From the NCBI GenBank assembly GCA_040220235.1, contig JAVJTO010000048.1: a DNA stretch of 64,000 nt, one strand, 5' to 3'. Both the position numbers and the translations under genes were made by a program. The stretch comes from Coleofasciculus sp. B1-GNL1-01 (GTDB lineage Bacteria; Cyanobacteriota; Cyanobacteriia; Cyanobacteriales; Coleofasciculaceae). Below, piece by piece: positions 30,313 to 39,942 of the stretch. The notes beneath the pieces are model-generated. The model made no database searches and was not told where the DNA came from. It worked only from the letters and a program-made list of their open reading frames with translations. Position 1 is the stretch's first letter. Every line of letters begins with the position of its first letter.

Positions 30313-30761
30313 TGGCGATTAATCAAAGGCTTAACTTTTTCAGCCACGGCTGATGCGCCAGCTTGTTTTTCCGGTTGGCGAGTATACCAATAAGCCCAAG
30401 CAATTAACACGGCTTGAAAGGGTAGCCGAATCCAATAAAACAATTGACTGTGGGGAATTCCTTCAATCTTGATATTATTCAGTGTCATGTAGATATTGGC
30501 AGGAAACACCGCAATAAACAGAGCAATCAGTCCCCAAGCGGCGGCGACGCTGACAAATGGAATCATTAAGCCAATACCGCCGAGAATCTCGAAGAATCCG
30601 CTCACATAGACGGATGTCAATGGCGGAAAGGGTGGCGGAACGATGCGGGCATATTGTTCGGGTTTCAGGAAATGGGTGATACCGACGATGATGATACATA
30701 CTGCAAGAACACCCCGCAGGATTTCTTTGCGGCGATAACTGTTGTCAGGTGATTGAAACAT
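30309..30761 (-). CDS. DoxX-family membrane protein
   Basis: GITHF, SGFFEILGG, VFPANIYM, RLPFQ. Confidence 0.8.
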   Translation of the reverse strand: MFQSPDNSYRRKEILRGVLAVCIIIVGITHFLKPEQYARIVPPPFPPLTSVYVSGFFEILGGIGLMIPFVSVAAAWGLIALFIAVFPANIYMTLNNIKIEGIPHSQLFYWIRLPFQAVLIAWAYWYTRQPEKQAGASAVAEKVKPLINRQ

Positions 30762-30847
30762 AAGGAATAGAGGAAACTCACAATCACAGGATAGAGAGTG
30801 CGATCGCGATCGTGCGTCTATCCATAGTTAGCTCTTAAACTGCTCGA

Positions 30848-30950
30848 TAAGCTGTCATGCATTTAAATTGGGTATTAGTAGCGAGCAAGATGCTCGCATT
30901 ACAAGGCTTTCGCCGTTATTGATATTAAGGTTTAAATGCCGAACAGCTTA
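30848..30950 (+). mobile_element. 103-bp MITE, copy 1
   Basis: TIRs taagctgt..catttaaa / tttaaatg..acagctta; internal gcgagcaagatgctcgc hairpin. Confidence 0.75.
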
Positions 30951-31046
30951 ATCAGTATCGGGTTCTAAAAGCCCTCAATTGAATCAATCCGTCCTGAATA
31001 TAGATGCCTAGAATAGGAGTCAATATTGATAATCTTTGCCGGACTT

Positions 31047-31448
31047 TTAATTGACCTGATCATACTGCAAATATTCCAGCATCAGTAAACGCAAGTAATC
31101 TAACATTCTAATATAACCCTTCATTTGCTCATACTTGCCATTACTGTCAAAGTAAAAATGGACGATAACAGTTATCCTAAAAACTCGCATTTCTCGCAAT
31201 TGATCAATTGCCTGGGTTTCATTTAGAATCCACCCTTGCGTCTGAATTTGATTGGCATAACCTCGGAGACTGACCGTTAAGAGTTCAATTTCCTCTAACA
31301 GGGAAAACTCGTCATTAGATGGACAAAAATTAGACACAATTTCTTTTCGTTCTCTTTGAGTATTCTGTTCGGCTAATTTCATCTCATCTAGCAAACGCAC
31401 AATATGAGTTTTAGTTGCTTCTCTTTCATTTAAGACTGCTTCACTCAT
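31047..31448 (-). CDS. Hypothetical helical protein
   Basis: Likely start MSEAVL at 31448, overlapping the upstream stop (ATGAGTGA). Confidence 0.65.
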   Translation of the reverse strand: MSEAVLNEREATKTHIVRLLDEMKLAEQNTQRERKEIVSNFCPSNDEFSLLEEIELLTVSLRGYANQIQTQGWILNETQAIDQLREMRVFRITVIVHFYFDSNGKYEQMKGYIRMLDYLRLLMLEYLQYDQVN

Positions 31449-31788
31449 CGTTAACTCCATAGGTGACAATTTTTTCAGTACCAAATTTGTCAGATCTAAC
31501 AATCAGAAATTCATTTCCTTTGCGATATACGGCTGAAGCATCCCAACGATATCCTGTTTGCGGAATCCTAATGGCTCCTTTTTTATTAAAATTATGGGCT
31601 TTTCGGAGATATTTTAACGGTTCAATATCTTTTCTAGCCGCGTGGTCTAAGATACTCTGAGCTACACTGATATAGGTAGAAGCATCCCACTCATTCAAAT
31701 ACTGTTGAATCTCTGCGGCTTCGGCTTCAGTATATCCTGCGAGGAGATTTTCCCAAAATGGATCAGAGATAGACTGGTCTTCTGCCAT
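31441..31788 (-). CDS. Hypothetical protein, possible small RNase-type toxin
   Basis: Acidic N-terminus, basic C-terminal domain ending EFLIVR...IVTYG. Confidence 0.6.
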   Translation of the reverse strand: MAEDQSISDPFWENLLAGYTEAEAAEIQQYLNEWDASTYISVAQSILDHAARKDIEPLKYLRKAHNFNKKGAIRIPQTGYRWDASAVYRKGNEFLIVRSDKFGTEKIVTYGVNDE

Positions 31789-31987
31789 TATTGCTCACTC
31801 ATATCTCTGCTAGTTTCTCCGACTCAAGTAAGGATCTTGCTGCAAATCATTATATTGTGAATGCGTTGAAAGAGCGATCGCGCTCCTGGGTTGCTCCGCC
31901 GTTAATTGCCACCGCCCTAACCTGACATTAGAAGTCAAAAATGCAACTTAATGATTGACATTGTTAGATTAATGATCTAACTTCATC

Positions 31988-32037
31988 AACACCTCGGCTC
32001 CGCTCGGTGTTGACCCTGAGCGGAGCCGAAGGGTCAA
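31988..32037. repeat. Two adjacent short palindromic dispersed repeats (CTCGGCTCCGCTCG-type)
   Basis: aacacctcggctccgctcggtgtt and tgaccctgagcggagccgaagggtca; a related copy at 2627-2650 sits inside a tccctgt run. Confidence 0.65.
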
Positions 32038-32071
32038 ATCTGTCACTCCACACCGTTGAGGGACTCTTGCC

Positions 32072-33271
32072 ATGACGAACAACATCCTTGACAAAATTGA
32101 TACCCAGAGATTGGGGGAACTCCTTCAACAAGCGCGTAATCAGTGTGGCATGACCCAAGCGGATGCAGCTAAAGTCATCGATGCAGCGCGTACAACGATG
32201 GTTGCGATTGAGAAAGGAGAGCGCCGTCTTAAGCCAACAGAACTGATCAAGCTTGCCCGTGCTTACGGACGAGCCGTCAGCGACTTTGTGCGCCAACCTC
32301 CAGTGGCGCAACCGTTGGAGGTTCAATTCCGAGCAGCTTACCGACGCAATGCTGTTGAAGAGTTGCAGATTGAACCCATCATTCGACTCCTAGAGGAGTT
32401 GTGCCAGAATTATCTGGAGCTTGAAGAGATTATGGATGCACCACTCCCGCGAAACTATCCTCGTGAATATCAGGTGAGTGGTATGCCCATAGAACGGGCG
32501 GCGGAGAGTATTGCCGTTGAAGAACGTCAACGCCTCGGTCTTGGAGATGGTCCCATTCCTCTGCTTCGAGACATCTTAGAGCAGAGTGTAGGACTCCGCA
32601 TCTTTTACTTAAAAATGCCACAAAAATACTCAGAACTCTATAGTTACGACGAGCAACGGGGTGGCTGCATGGCAATTAATGCTCATCATCCCGAAGAACG
32701 GCGACGTTGGTCATTAGCCCATGGATATCTACACTTTCTTGCTCATCGACGCAAGCCTGTACTTGATTTTGAGGGACAGTATAAGAGAATGCCAGAAAGT
32801 GAACGACTTGCCGAAGCCTTCCCCAAATATTTCCTGATGCCAACGAGTGGTTTACTTAAACGATTTAATGATATGTATCGCGCCAATGGTAAGTTCACTC
32901 CCACCAATTTATTTACGTTGGCTCATTACTACGGCGTATCTGTGCAAGCGCTGATTTATCGGTTAGAGGAGATGGAACTGCTGCCATCTGGAACGTGGGA
33001 TCGATTAAGCGATCGCGGATTGAAAGTCAGAAAAGTACAGGAGGAACTTGGCTTGGAAGAAATTCCCCAACGTACTGATACGATGCCAGTCCACTACCAA
33101 CATCTTGCGATTGAAGCATTTGATCAGGGGCTGATTACTGAAGGGCGCTTCGCCGATTTTCTTCATGTTGATCGCCTCGAAGCCCGTCGCCTTGCCGAAG
33201 TATTGCGAGAGTATTCCAGTGGAATGGTGGAGGAAGCGACTGATTTGGATTTACGCCAAGGGCAGGAATGA
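32072..33271 (+). CDS. XRE HTH + ImmA/IrrE-like metallopeptidase-domain protein with degenerate HExxH
   Basis: N-terminal HTH; RRRWSLAHGYLH in place of HExxH; ERLAEAF; HYYGVS. Confidence 0.85.
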   Translation: MTNNILDKIDTQRLGELLQQARNQCGMTQADAAKVIDAARTTMVAIEKGERRLKPTELIKLARAYGRAVSDFVRQPPVAQPLEVQFRAAYRRNAVEELQIEPIIRLLEELCQNYLELEEIMDAPLPRNYPREYQVSGMPIERAAESIAVEERQRLGLGDGPIPLLRDILEQSVGLRIFYLKMPQKYSELYSYDEQRGGCMAINAHHPEERRRWSLAHGYLHFLAHRRKPVLDFEGQYKRMPESERLAEAFPKYFLMPTSGLLKRFNDMYRANGKFTPTNLFTLAHYYGVSVQALIYRLEEMELLPSGTWDRLSDRGLKVRKVQEELGLEEIPQRTDTMPVHYQHLAIEAFDQGLITEGRFADFLHVDRLEARRLAEVLREYSSGMVEEATDLDLRQGQE

Positions 33272-33455
33272 CGGAAGGTTAACTTATCCAGAGATAATCA
33301 AGCATTGGTCTGAGAAAGTATCTCTTGATGCTTCAATACTACGGGATGCACTCAGGGCAATTCGGGTCAAGGGACGATATTTACCGCCTAAAAACCATCC
33401 TTTACTAAGTTGGTGGCAAGCTGCTTTGACTGAGCCAGATGCTTTAGAGGAATGA
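33268..33455 (+). pseudogene. Remnant of the gene normally coupled to XRE-IrrE (PIN-like, inferred), internally deleted
   Basis: ATGA overlap gives MTEG*; a protein-like C-terminal segment (LTYPEIIKHW...RYLPPKNHPLLSWW) continues in another frame. Confidence 0.55.
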
Positions 33456-33466
33456 GATTCTATTGC

Positions 33467-33569
33467 TAAGCTGTTATTCATTTAAACCTTAATGTCAGAA
33501 ACTGCAAAACCCTTGTAATGCGAGCATCTTGCTCGCTACCCATTCCCAATTTAAATGCGTGACAGCTTA
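33467..33569 (-). mobile_element. 103-bp MITE, copy 2, inverted relative to copy 1
   Basis: Reverse complement aligns with 30848-30950. Confidence 0.75.
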
Positions 33570-33586
33570 CTACCCTAACTTGAGGT

Positions 33587-34492
33587 CTAAGAATACCGGA
33601 TTTGCAGCAGTAGTCTATCTGCTTTAACCGGAGAAATTACGCGGTGAATGCAGGAAGGGTCTTGCACAAAACCAAATCCACTTTCTCCTTCAATGATCAG
33701 TTGATTGTCTTGTCCGTAATAATTAAGTACCGCCTTGTCCGACTGACGACCCGCAGCCAAGGTCATGTAAAGTGGCTTTTTCCGATGAGAGCCTTTGATC
33801 ATAACATGAGCGCCCGAATCAGCATTCACATCGGTGATATAAAAATAGGCGGTCATAAAGTTGTACCCAGCGATATCATAGTGAAAATTTGTGGGTGGAT
33901 AACTCTGTCTAATTTCTGACTCTCTGAGATCTGACACTAAACTCCAAGTCAGATGCTGGGTAATTTGGTTGGGCCAATACCCCAGATAGTTCTTAACGAT
34001 TTGCAACAGCAGAGGATCTTGGGTAATTTTTTGAATGGCTTCGCAATTCATGACATCACGCACCAAGGCACGCAGCACGGGATGCTCACCTCGCTTTCGA
34101 CTATTTCTAATTACCTCTTCGATGAAAAACTCGTCGTCAGACTCAGGTTCAATACAAGGTGTTTGAATGGCATATTGATAGATTTCTTTGACCATTGACG
34201 GCGATAAATGCAGACCAAATCCTACTCCTTCATGACGGAGTTGTTGGACACATCTATCTAGGGAAACACCGTCAAACATTGAATCGGAAGCAATCTTCAG
34301 ACGTTTTTTGTAGAAATCGGGATTTAGGCGCTGTCGCCTAGCTTGGAGAAGACTATATATTCTCCGACAGATAAGGAAACGACCAAACCGCTGCGTGAAG
34401 TCTCCTTGGGTTAACCGCTTGATCGGGTTTGAGGCTGAACTTAAGCGTCCTTTTGAACGTTCTAATGGGGCAGTTTTCATGACAATTCTCAA
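33587..34492 (-). CDS. PhyH-like Fe(II)/2-oxoglutarate dioxygenase
   Basis: FHYD...YFYITDV...GAHVMIKGSH...IHR...RLLLQ. Confidence 0.75.
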   Translation of the reverse strand: MRIVMKTAPLERSKGRLSSASNPIKRLTQGDFTQRFGRFLICRRIYSLLQARRQRLNPDFYKKRLKIASDSMFDGVSLDRCVQQLRHEGVGFGLHLSPSMVKEIYQYAIQTPCIEPESDDEFFIEEVIRNSRKRGEHPVLRALVRDVMNCEAIQKITQDPLLLQIVKNYLGYWPNQITQHLTWSLVSDLRESEIRQSYPPTNFHYDIAGYNFMTAYFYITDVNADSGAHVMIKGSHRKKPLYMTLAAGRQSDKAVLNYYGQDNQLIIEGESGFGFVQDPSCIHRVISPVKADRLLLQIRYS

Positions 34493-34959
34493 GACACTTG
34501 GCTACATCTACTACTCTCATCATTACTTTTGGGGATCAGGAGTGTCACACCCAGTTTTAGATCAGTAGTTTACGTCGCGAAACTGATCCGTTATTTCTTT
34601 TAGAGAGAATTGTACAGGCAATCTATTCGAGTTCCCTCCCCTTGGTAAGGGGAGGGTTAGGGTGGGGTTAGATCAAGGTATCGCTGTCTTTTTAAAGCTT
34701 AAGTTGACACCAATGAATGCAATAGCCCCTACAGCCCTAAAACAAGCCAAGAACTCAAGTTCTTGGCTTATAGCTCAAGTCCATTAAAATGGACTAATAC
34801 CAAATCCGGGTTAACTACCCCCTTTATGGGTGGGGAATAGCAGCCAAGGGATAAAGGGGATGACAACGGCGGATTTGGTATTATAACCTAGTCCGCGCAG
34901 GCGGACGCAAGTTTGTGTAGCAGCGATTTCAATCGCCGTGGCAAAAGGGAGTGATAAAG

Positions 34960-35041
34960 ACTGAGGAATTAGTTTAGGAATTAGATTGTTATATACTATG
35001 GCTGCATTTTCAAACGTTTGGCGAACTTGTTCAGTATTCAT
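34960..35041 (-). pseudogene. Short N-terminal gene fragment (possibly a SAM methyltransferase) truncated by repeats
   Basis: RBS gagg + MNTEQVRQTFENAAIVYNNLIPKLIP, then runs into repeat DNA. Confidence 0.4.
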
Positions 35042-35084
35042 TAATTTTTACCTCGATTATAATTAAACCTGAACCCGAGGTGAC

Positions 35085-36389
35085 CTAAACAGAATACTTT
35101 TGTGAAAAGGATGAAACCTGGGCTTCCAACTCATCGCACGCTTCACGTACCAACCGCAACCCTGCTTCCTTTTCTAGTTTAGCGCCTGCGGGAACAAACT
35201 CTTGCATAATTTCCGCTTCTGTTGTTTGATAGTCACCCCAATCTGACTTCAATTTTTCAAAGTAATTAATTCCCTCACTACCATCTTGAATCGCAAACTC
35301 TAAAATAGAATCCAGATAAGCCGTAACCTTAGAACTCTTCACTCCCTCCGTCACAGCCGCAAATAATAATTCACCATTGAGATAGTCAAAATCGGGTACA
35401 ATTAGCCAATCATCACGTAACTCAAAGGTCTGAGCGCCTTGAGCAGGTCTAACTGTTATTCCTTCCTGTCTGACTCGCTGAGCTGCATTGTAAACTAATC
35501 TCATAATTGTGAAAATTACGTCTGGATAATTACTATCAATTCCGCGTAATTCCACCGTTCCTAATGCATTGAGTCGCACTGGATTCCAACCCGCTTTTAG
35601 TAAATTTCCGCCGCCTTCAGTAAATAAATCCCGCTCAACTCCAGCATTATCCATCGCGGTTAGCCATGCATAATAGCGTTCAAATTGCAACTCTACTAAC
35701 TGTTCCACAGAATCGGCATAGGGCATTAAACCGCCAACCGATTGTAAGTGAGTATACACGCCTTCCCAGCCAAATCTGTCACTCCCCCGATAGCGGACAA
35801 TGTGATAGGCAAGTCCCGTGGCTTCTCCTTCATAAAAGGGACAGGCGCGTCCCAAGGCGATGAGGGCAGAATCTAAGGCTGTGGCTAAATTGTAAATATT
35901 AATCAGTTCTTCGCGTTCGGCGGCGCTGCTGTTGTAAGAGACACCAACGCGGGAATCAATGACTCCTGGTGGTACTTCTAAATGGATATGGGTTCCTGTA
36001 CATTTACCCGCATTTAAAAATCGGTCATAGCCAACGGTGCGAACTTGGACATGATAGCTTAATTTATCCCGAATAACGGGAATTAAATGTAAGGGATAGC
36101 TGGATAGGGGATAAAGCCGCAAATGCATCTTTTTCCCCACCTGTAATCCGAGTTGTAAGTTTTTTAGATAGGCTGAGGCTAATTCGGTGGGAGTATGGGC
36201 GGGAGGGGTATTAATTTCGATCATTCCCTTTACCCATTCCGGCATAAAGTAATCGGGATTTAAACCAATGGATTCGGCTTCTTGGCGACAATTTTTCAAA
36301 AATTCATCGGCACGATTGGAAAATTTTCCTGTTTCTTCTACGAGGAAAAATTCTTGTTCTAAACCGATGCGACGTTTACCTAGTTTCAT
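35085..36389 (-). CDS. Glutamate-cysteine ligase family 2 (GCS2)-like protein
   Basis: IGLEQEFFLV, IEINT, GTHIH, WNPVR, TVELRGID. Confidence 0.8.
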   Translation of the reverse strand: MKLGKRRIGLEQEFFLVEETGKFSNRADEFLKNCRQEAESIGLNPDYFMPEWVKGMIEINTPPAHTPTELASAYLKNLQLGLQVGKKMHLRLYPLSSYPLHLIPVIRDKLSYHVQVRTVGYDRFLNAGKCTGTHIHLEVPPGVIDSRVGVSYNSSAAEREELINIYNLATALDSALIALGRACPFYEGEATGLAYHIVRYRGSDRFGWEGVYTHLQSVGGLMPYADSVEQLVELQFERYYAWLTAMDNAGVERDLFTEGGGNLLKAGWNPVRLNALGTVELRGIDSNYPDVIFTIMRLVYNAAQRVRQEGITVRPAQGAQTFELRDDWLIVPDFDYLNGELLFAAVTEGVKSSKVTAYLDSILEFAIQDGSEGINYFEKLKSDWGDYQTTEAEIMQEFVPAGAKLEKEAGLRLVREACDELEAQVSSFSQKYSV

Positions 36390-36546
36390 AGTGTTAACGG
36401 TTTCTGGGTTATTTCAAGGAGGCGGAACCTCCTCAATAGCATTTCCTTTTCATACCTGGAACGAGACTAAGCAGTCAGGGCGGGTTTTGCAGATAGGTTA
36501 TTATCAATGGCGAAACGATATATCCTAAACCCGCCCCTACTCACCA

Positions 36547-37833
36547 TCAAACCTCCACCACGGCTTGCTGATACACCTGTTGTGTTACTTTAACTAATCG
36601 TTGCATGGCGGTTTCTAATTCGCGATCGCTTGCGGTTAAACTAATCCGAATACACTGATGCTGGTGTTCCCAGGTATCCCGTAATCCGGGGAAGAAGGTG
36701 TTTCCAGGGACGGCGATTACTCCCACCTGCTTTAACTGTTGATACAAGTCCCAATCGGTTATCGGTAAATCTTTGAACCACAACCAGGCAAAAATAGCGC
36801 CTTCACCCCGATGTAAAAACCACGGTAAATCTTGGGGCATAAATTGATTCAGCGCTGTTTCTAATACGGTAAACTTGTGCTGATAATAGGGACGAATCAC
36901 ATTAACAGAAATCTCAGCCAATGCGCCAGAACTAATCGCCTGTGCAGCAATGGCTTGTCCGTAGCGGGAGGAATGGATGCACAGATTCGTCTGGAAGGAT
37001 TGCAAAATATCAATCCTATCCGGATCACCAATAGCGACGCCAATTCGTTCTCCGGGGAGTCCGGCTTTGGATAAACTCAGACAATGGATAATATTATCAC
37101 CAAAAATTGGTGTCATTTGGGTAAAGTTTAATGCCGGAAATGGCGGCGCATAAGCCGAGTCAATGAACACTGGGATATGATAAGGTGCGGCGAGTTGGGC
37201 AATTTTTCGCACCTCATTATCGGTGAGAACGTTCCCTGTGGGATTACAAGGACGAGAAAATATGACACATCCGGTATCTTGATTAATTTTCAATTGACTG
37301 AAGTCGGGACGATATTTATAACGATGCGCCGCTTCGTCAATCTCTAGGCTGGGTTTATAGGCGATTAGGGCTTCTGGGGTTAAGCTGACGCCACCGTACC
37401 CGGTATAATCGGGACTCAGGGGGAGAACGATTTGTTTTAACTCACCCGCTTGGGTATAGCCGCCAAAGGCATTTGCGCCGTAGAAGTAAATGGATTGAGA
37501 ACCGGGAGTAATTAAGATATTCCGTTCAGTTAGACTCAAGCCATAACGCTGATTGAAATCTTTTGCGATCGCGTCAATCAAGGGCTGGTATCCTTGAGAT
37601 GACCCATAACGGCAAACCACTTCTCCGTAGTCGGGACTTGCCAAGAGTTGGGCGGTACAGTCTCGCCACAGTTGTTCCACCTCTGGCAAAATCACCGGAT
37701 TTCCCGCACTAAGATTAATGAACTCCTGTCCCTGACCTAATCGTAACGTTTCAATAATATCCTTCATAATAGCCCGGACGCCCGTCAGGTTGGACATCTG
37801 AGTACCGAATTGAGTGAGAGACGGTTCTATCAT
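36547..37833 (-). CDS. avtA: Valine-pyruvate aminotransferase
   Basis: LSAGNP, SRPCNPTGN, IDSAY, SLSKAGLPGERIG. Confidence 0.9.
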   Translation of the reverse strand: MIEPSLTQFGTQMSNLTGVRAIMKDIIETLRLGQGQEFINLSAGNPVILPEVEQLWRDCTAQLLASPDYGEVVCRYGSSQGYQPLIDAIAKDFNQRYGLSLTERNILITPGSQSIYFYGANAFGGYTQAGELKQIVLPLSPDYTGYGGVSLTPEALIAYKPSLEIDEAAHRYKYRPDFSQLKINQDTGCVIFSRPCNPTGNVLTDNEVRKIAQLAAPYHIPVFIDSAYAPPFPALNFTQMTPIFGDNIIHCLSLSKAGLPGERIGVAIGDPDRIDILQSFQTNLCIHSSRYGQAIAAQAISSGALAEISVNVIRPYYQHKFTVLETALNQFMPQDLPWFLHRGEGAIFAWLWFKDLPITDWDLYQQLKQVGVIAVPGNTFFPGLRDTWEHQHQCIRISLTASDRELETAMQRLVKVTQQVYQQAVVEV

Positions 37834-38017
37834 GCGCGATCGCTCTTGTTACAGCAGTTAACTTGCTTTACCCCAAATTGAGTCAAATTTACTGATTCAC
37901 GGGGACTGTACTCATTTAACCGCAAATTTCCCCACCCGACTCCCCCAATTCTCCGTCCTTTTCTCAACTGGGGAGCGTACTATAGGTAAGGTGAACGCAT
38001 AGACTGGGAGAACAACC

Positions 38018-38614
38018 ACGGCTTACACACGTCCCCTCGCTCGACTGATCGAGCAACTACAACGCTTACCTGGAGTGGGTCCTAAGACCGCTCAACGATT
38101 GGCATTACATATTATTAAACGCTCAGAGGATGAAGTCAAAGCCCTGGCGCAGGCTTTAATTGAGGCGAAAAAGCAGGTTGGCTTGTGTCAGGTTTGCTTT
38201 CACCTGTCGGCTGAATCGGTTTGTGATATCTGTCGTAATCCGAATCGGGATAAAACAACGCTTTGTGTGGTAGCGGATTCCCGTGATGTGATTGCGTTGG
38301 AGAAAACACGGGAATATCGGGGAAATTATCATGTTCTCGGTGGTGTGATTTCTCCCATGGATGGAATTGGACCCGAACAATTACATGTTGAACAACTGGT
38401 GCGCCGCGTTAGCCAGCAGAAGATTCAAGAGGTAATTTTAGCGATTAGTCCGAGTGTGGAAGGGGAGACGACAACGCTGTATGTTGGTCAACTGTTGAAA
38501 CCGTTTACAAAGGTGACTCGGATTGCTTTTGGTTTACCCATGGGTGGGGATTTGGAATATGCGGATGAGGTGACATTAGCACGGGCGTTGGAAGGGCGGC
38601 GAGAGTTGGATTAG
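38018..38614 (+). CDS. recR: Recombination mediator RecR; apparent non-canonical ACG start
   Basis: C4 zinc finger, Toprim (SVEGETT), [12 protein letters not shown]; conserved [19 protein letters not shown] lies in frame upstream of the GTG at 38075. Confidence 0.92.
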   Translation, partial: TAYTRPLARLIEQLQRLPGVGPKTAQRLALHIIKRSEDEVKALAQALIEAKKQVGLCQVCFHLSAESVCDICRNPNRDKTTLCVVADSRDVIALEKTREYRGNYHVLGGVISPMDGIGPEQLHVEQLVRRVSQQKIQEVILAISPSVEGETTTLYVGQLLKPFTKVTRIAFGLPMGGDLEYADEVTLARALEGRRELD

Positions 38615-38617
38615 TTA

Positions 38618-38712
38618 TTTGTCATTTGTCATTTGTCATTTGTCATTTGTCATTTGTCATTTGTCATTTGTCATTTGTCATTTGTCATTTGTCATTTGTC
38701 ATTTGTCATTTG
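38618..38712. repeat. STRR heptamer run (TTTGTCA)n, about 13 copies
   Basis: Direct inspection; similar runs at 8414, 12867 and 42817. Confidence 0.9.
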
Positions 38713-38831
38713 TTGATTGTTCATGGTTGATTGGTAATCCTCTTCCCCAGCTCCCAGACGCGCCATGGCACGTCTCTACATCACTCCCCCAGCTTCCCCG
38801 CTGCCTTCCGCCTTTTGCCTGCCAAGATCCT

Positions 38832-39764
38832 TCATCGAGTCACTTCGATATAAATATGCTCTAATCGTACAGGTTGGCGAGTGATTGAATCTAGGGAAAT
38901 GCCTTCAAATCGCTCAATTATTTCTTTTAAATCTAACGCTTCGGGTAACCAAAAGGCTAAATCATTCCCGTAGCGCCGATGGGTGAAACCGAGTTCTGTC
39001 GCCCGCGCGATCGCACGTTCCTCTTCTTGTGTTTGGATAATCACAATTTCTTGGGCGGGAATCCGTTGGCGCAGGCGGTCTAAACTCCCTTCGACGAGGA
39101 TTTTTCCGCCTTTGAGAATGCCAATCCGCTGACATAGGCGTTCGGCTTCATCGAGTAAGTGAGTGGTTAATAAAATTGTTAATCCTTGACGTTGAAGACG
39201 GCGAATCAAGTCCCAAACTTCATATCGGGCTTCAATATCTAAACCCGTTGTGGGTTCGTCTAAAATGACCAGTTTCGGCTGATGAACCAGGGCGACGGCT
39301 ATATTTAAGCGTCGCTGCATTCCGCCACTTAAGGTTTCAACGGGACTTTGGGCGCGATCGCATAGATTAACGGCGTCTAAACAGGTGTGGACTTGTTGTT
39401 GTCGTTGTCGCTTGGTTAAGCCATAGATGCGGGCAAAAAAATGCAGGTTTTCGGCACAGGTTAAGGTTTTATAGAGTAAGTTTTCCTGGGGGGCAATTCC
39501 GATTAGGGTTTTGGTGGCGTCGGAGACGGGTTGGTGATTAATGGTGATTTTGCCACTGTCGGCTTTAAGTAGGTTACAGATAGTATTAATTGTGGTTGTT
39601 TTTCCGGCGCCATTGGGTCCGAGTAATCCGTAAATTTCTCCGGGGTGGATGTGCAGGGTGAGATTTTGTAGAACGTGGCGATTGCCGTAGGATTTACAGA
39701 GGTTTTCGATATGCAGCACAATGAGTAATACATAAAATAGGACAATTTTATGAGTTTCTGACAC
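38832..39764 (-). CDS. ABC-2 type exporter ATP-binding protein
   Basis: GPNGAGKTT, LSGGMQRR, LDEPTTGLD; start may be the GTG near 39719. Confidence 0.9.
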   Translation of the reverse strand: MSETHKIVLFYVLLIVLHIENLCKSYGNRHVLQNLTLHIHPGEIYGLLGPNGAGKTTTINTICNLLKADSGKITINHQPVSDATKTLIGIAPQENLLYKTLTCAENLHFFARIYGLTKRQRQQQVHTCLDAVNLCDRAQSPVETLSGGMQRRLNIAVALVHQPKLVILDEPTTGLDIEARYEVWDLIRRLQRQGLTILLTTHLLDEAERLCQRIGILKGGKILVEGSLDRLRQRIPAQEIVIIQTQEEERAIARATELGFTHRRYGNDLAFWLPEALDLKEIIERFEGISLDSITRQPVRLEHIYIEVTR

Positions 39765-39942
39765 GGACTAATTGAAATTTCAAAAATCTCAAATGGGAGG
39801 TTGCCAAAATTGTCAAAGGCTAAAGCCCTTACTACAAACCTACTCCCCTCTCCCCTGGTGGGAGAGGGGCTGGGGATGAGGGGGTTTCGCCTTAAGTTGA
39901 CACCAGTGACGTCGGTGCGCCCCTACGAAGATTTATCTGATA

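Noticed and set aside
38619..38864. ORF with (SFVICHL)n
   Set aside because: Translation of the STRR heptamer run
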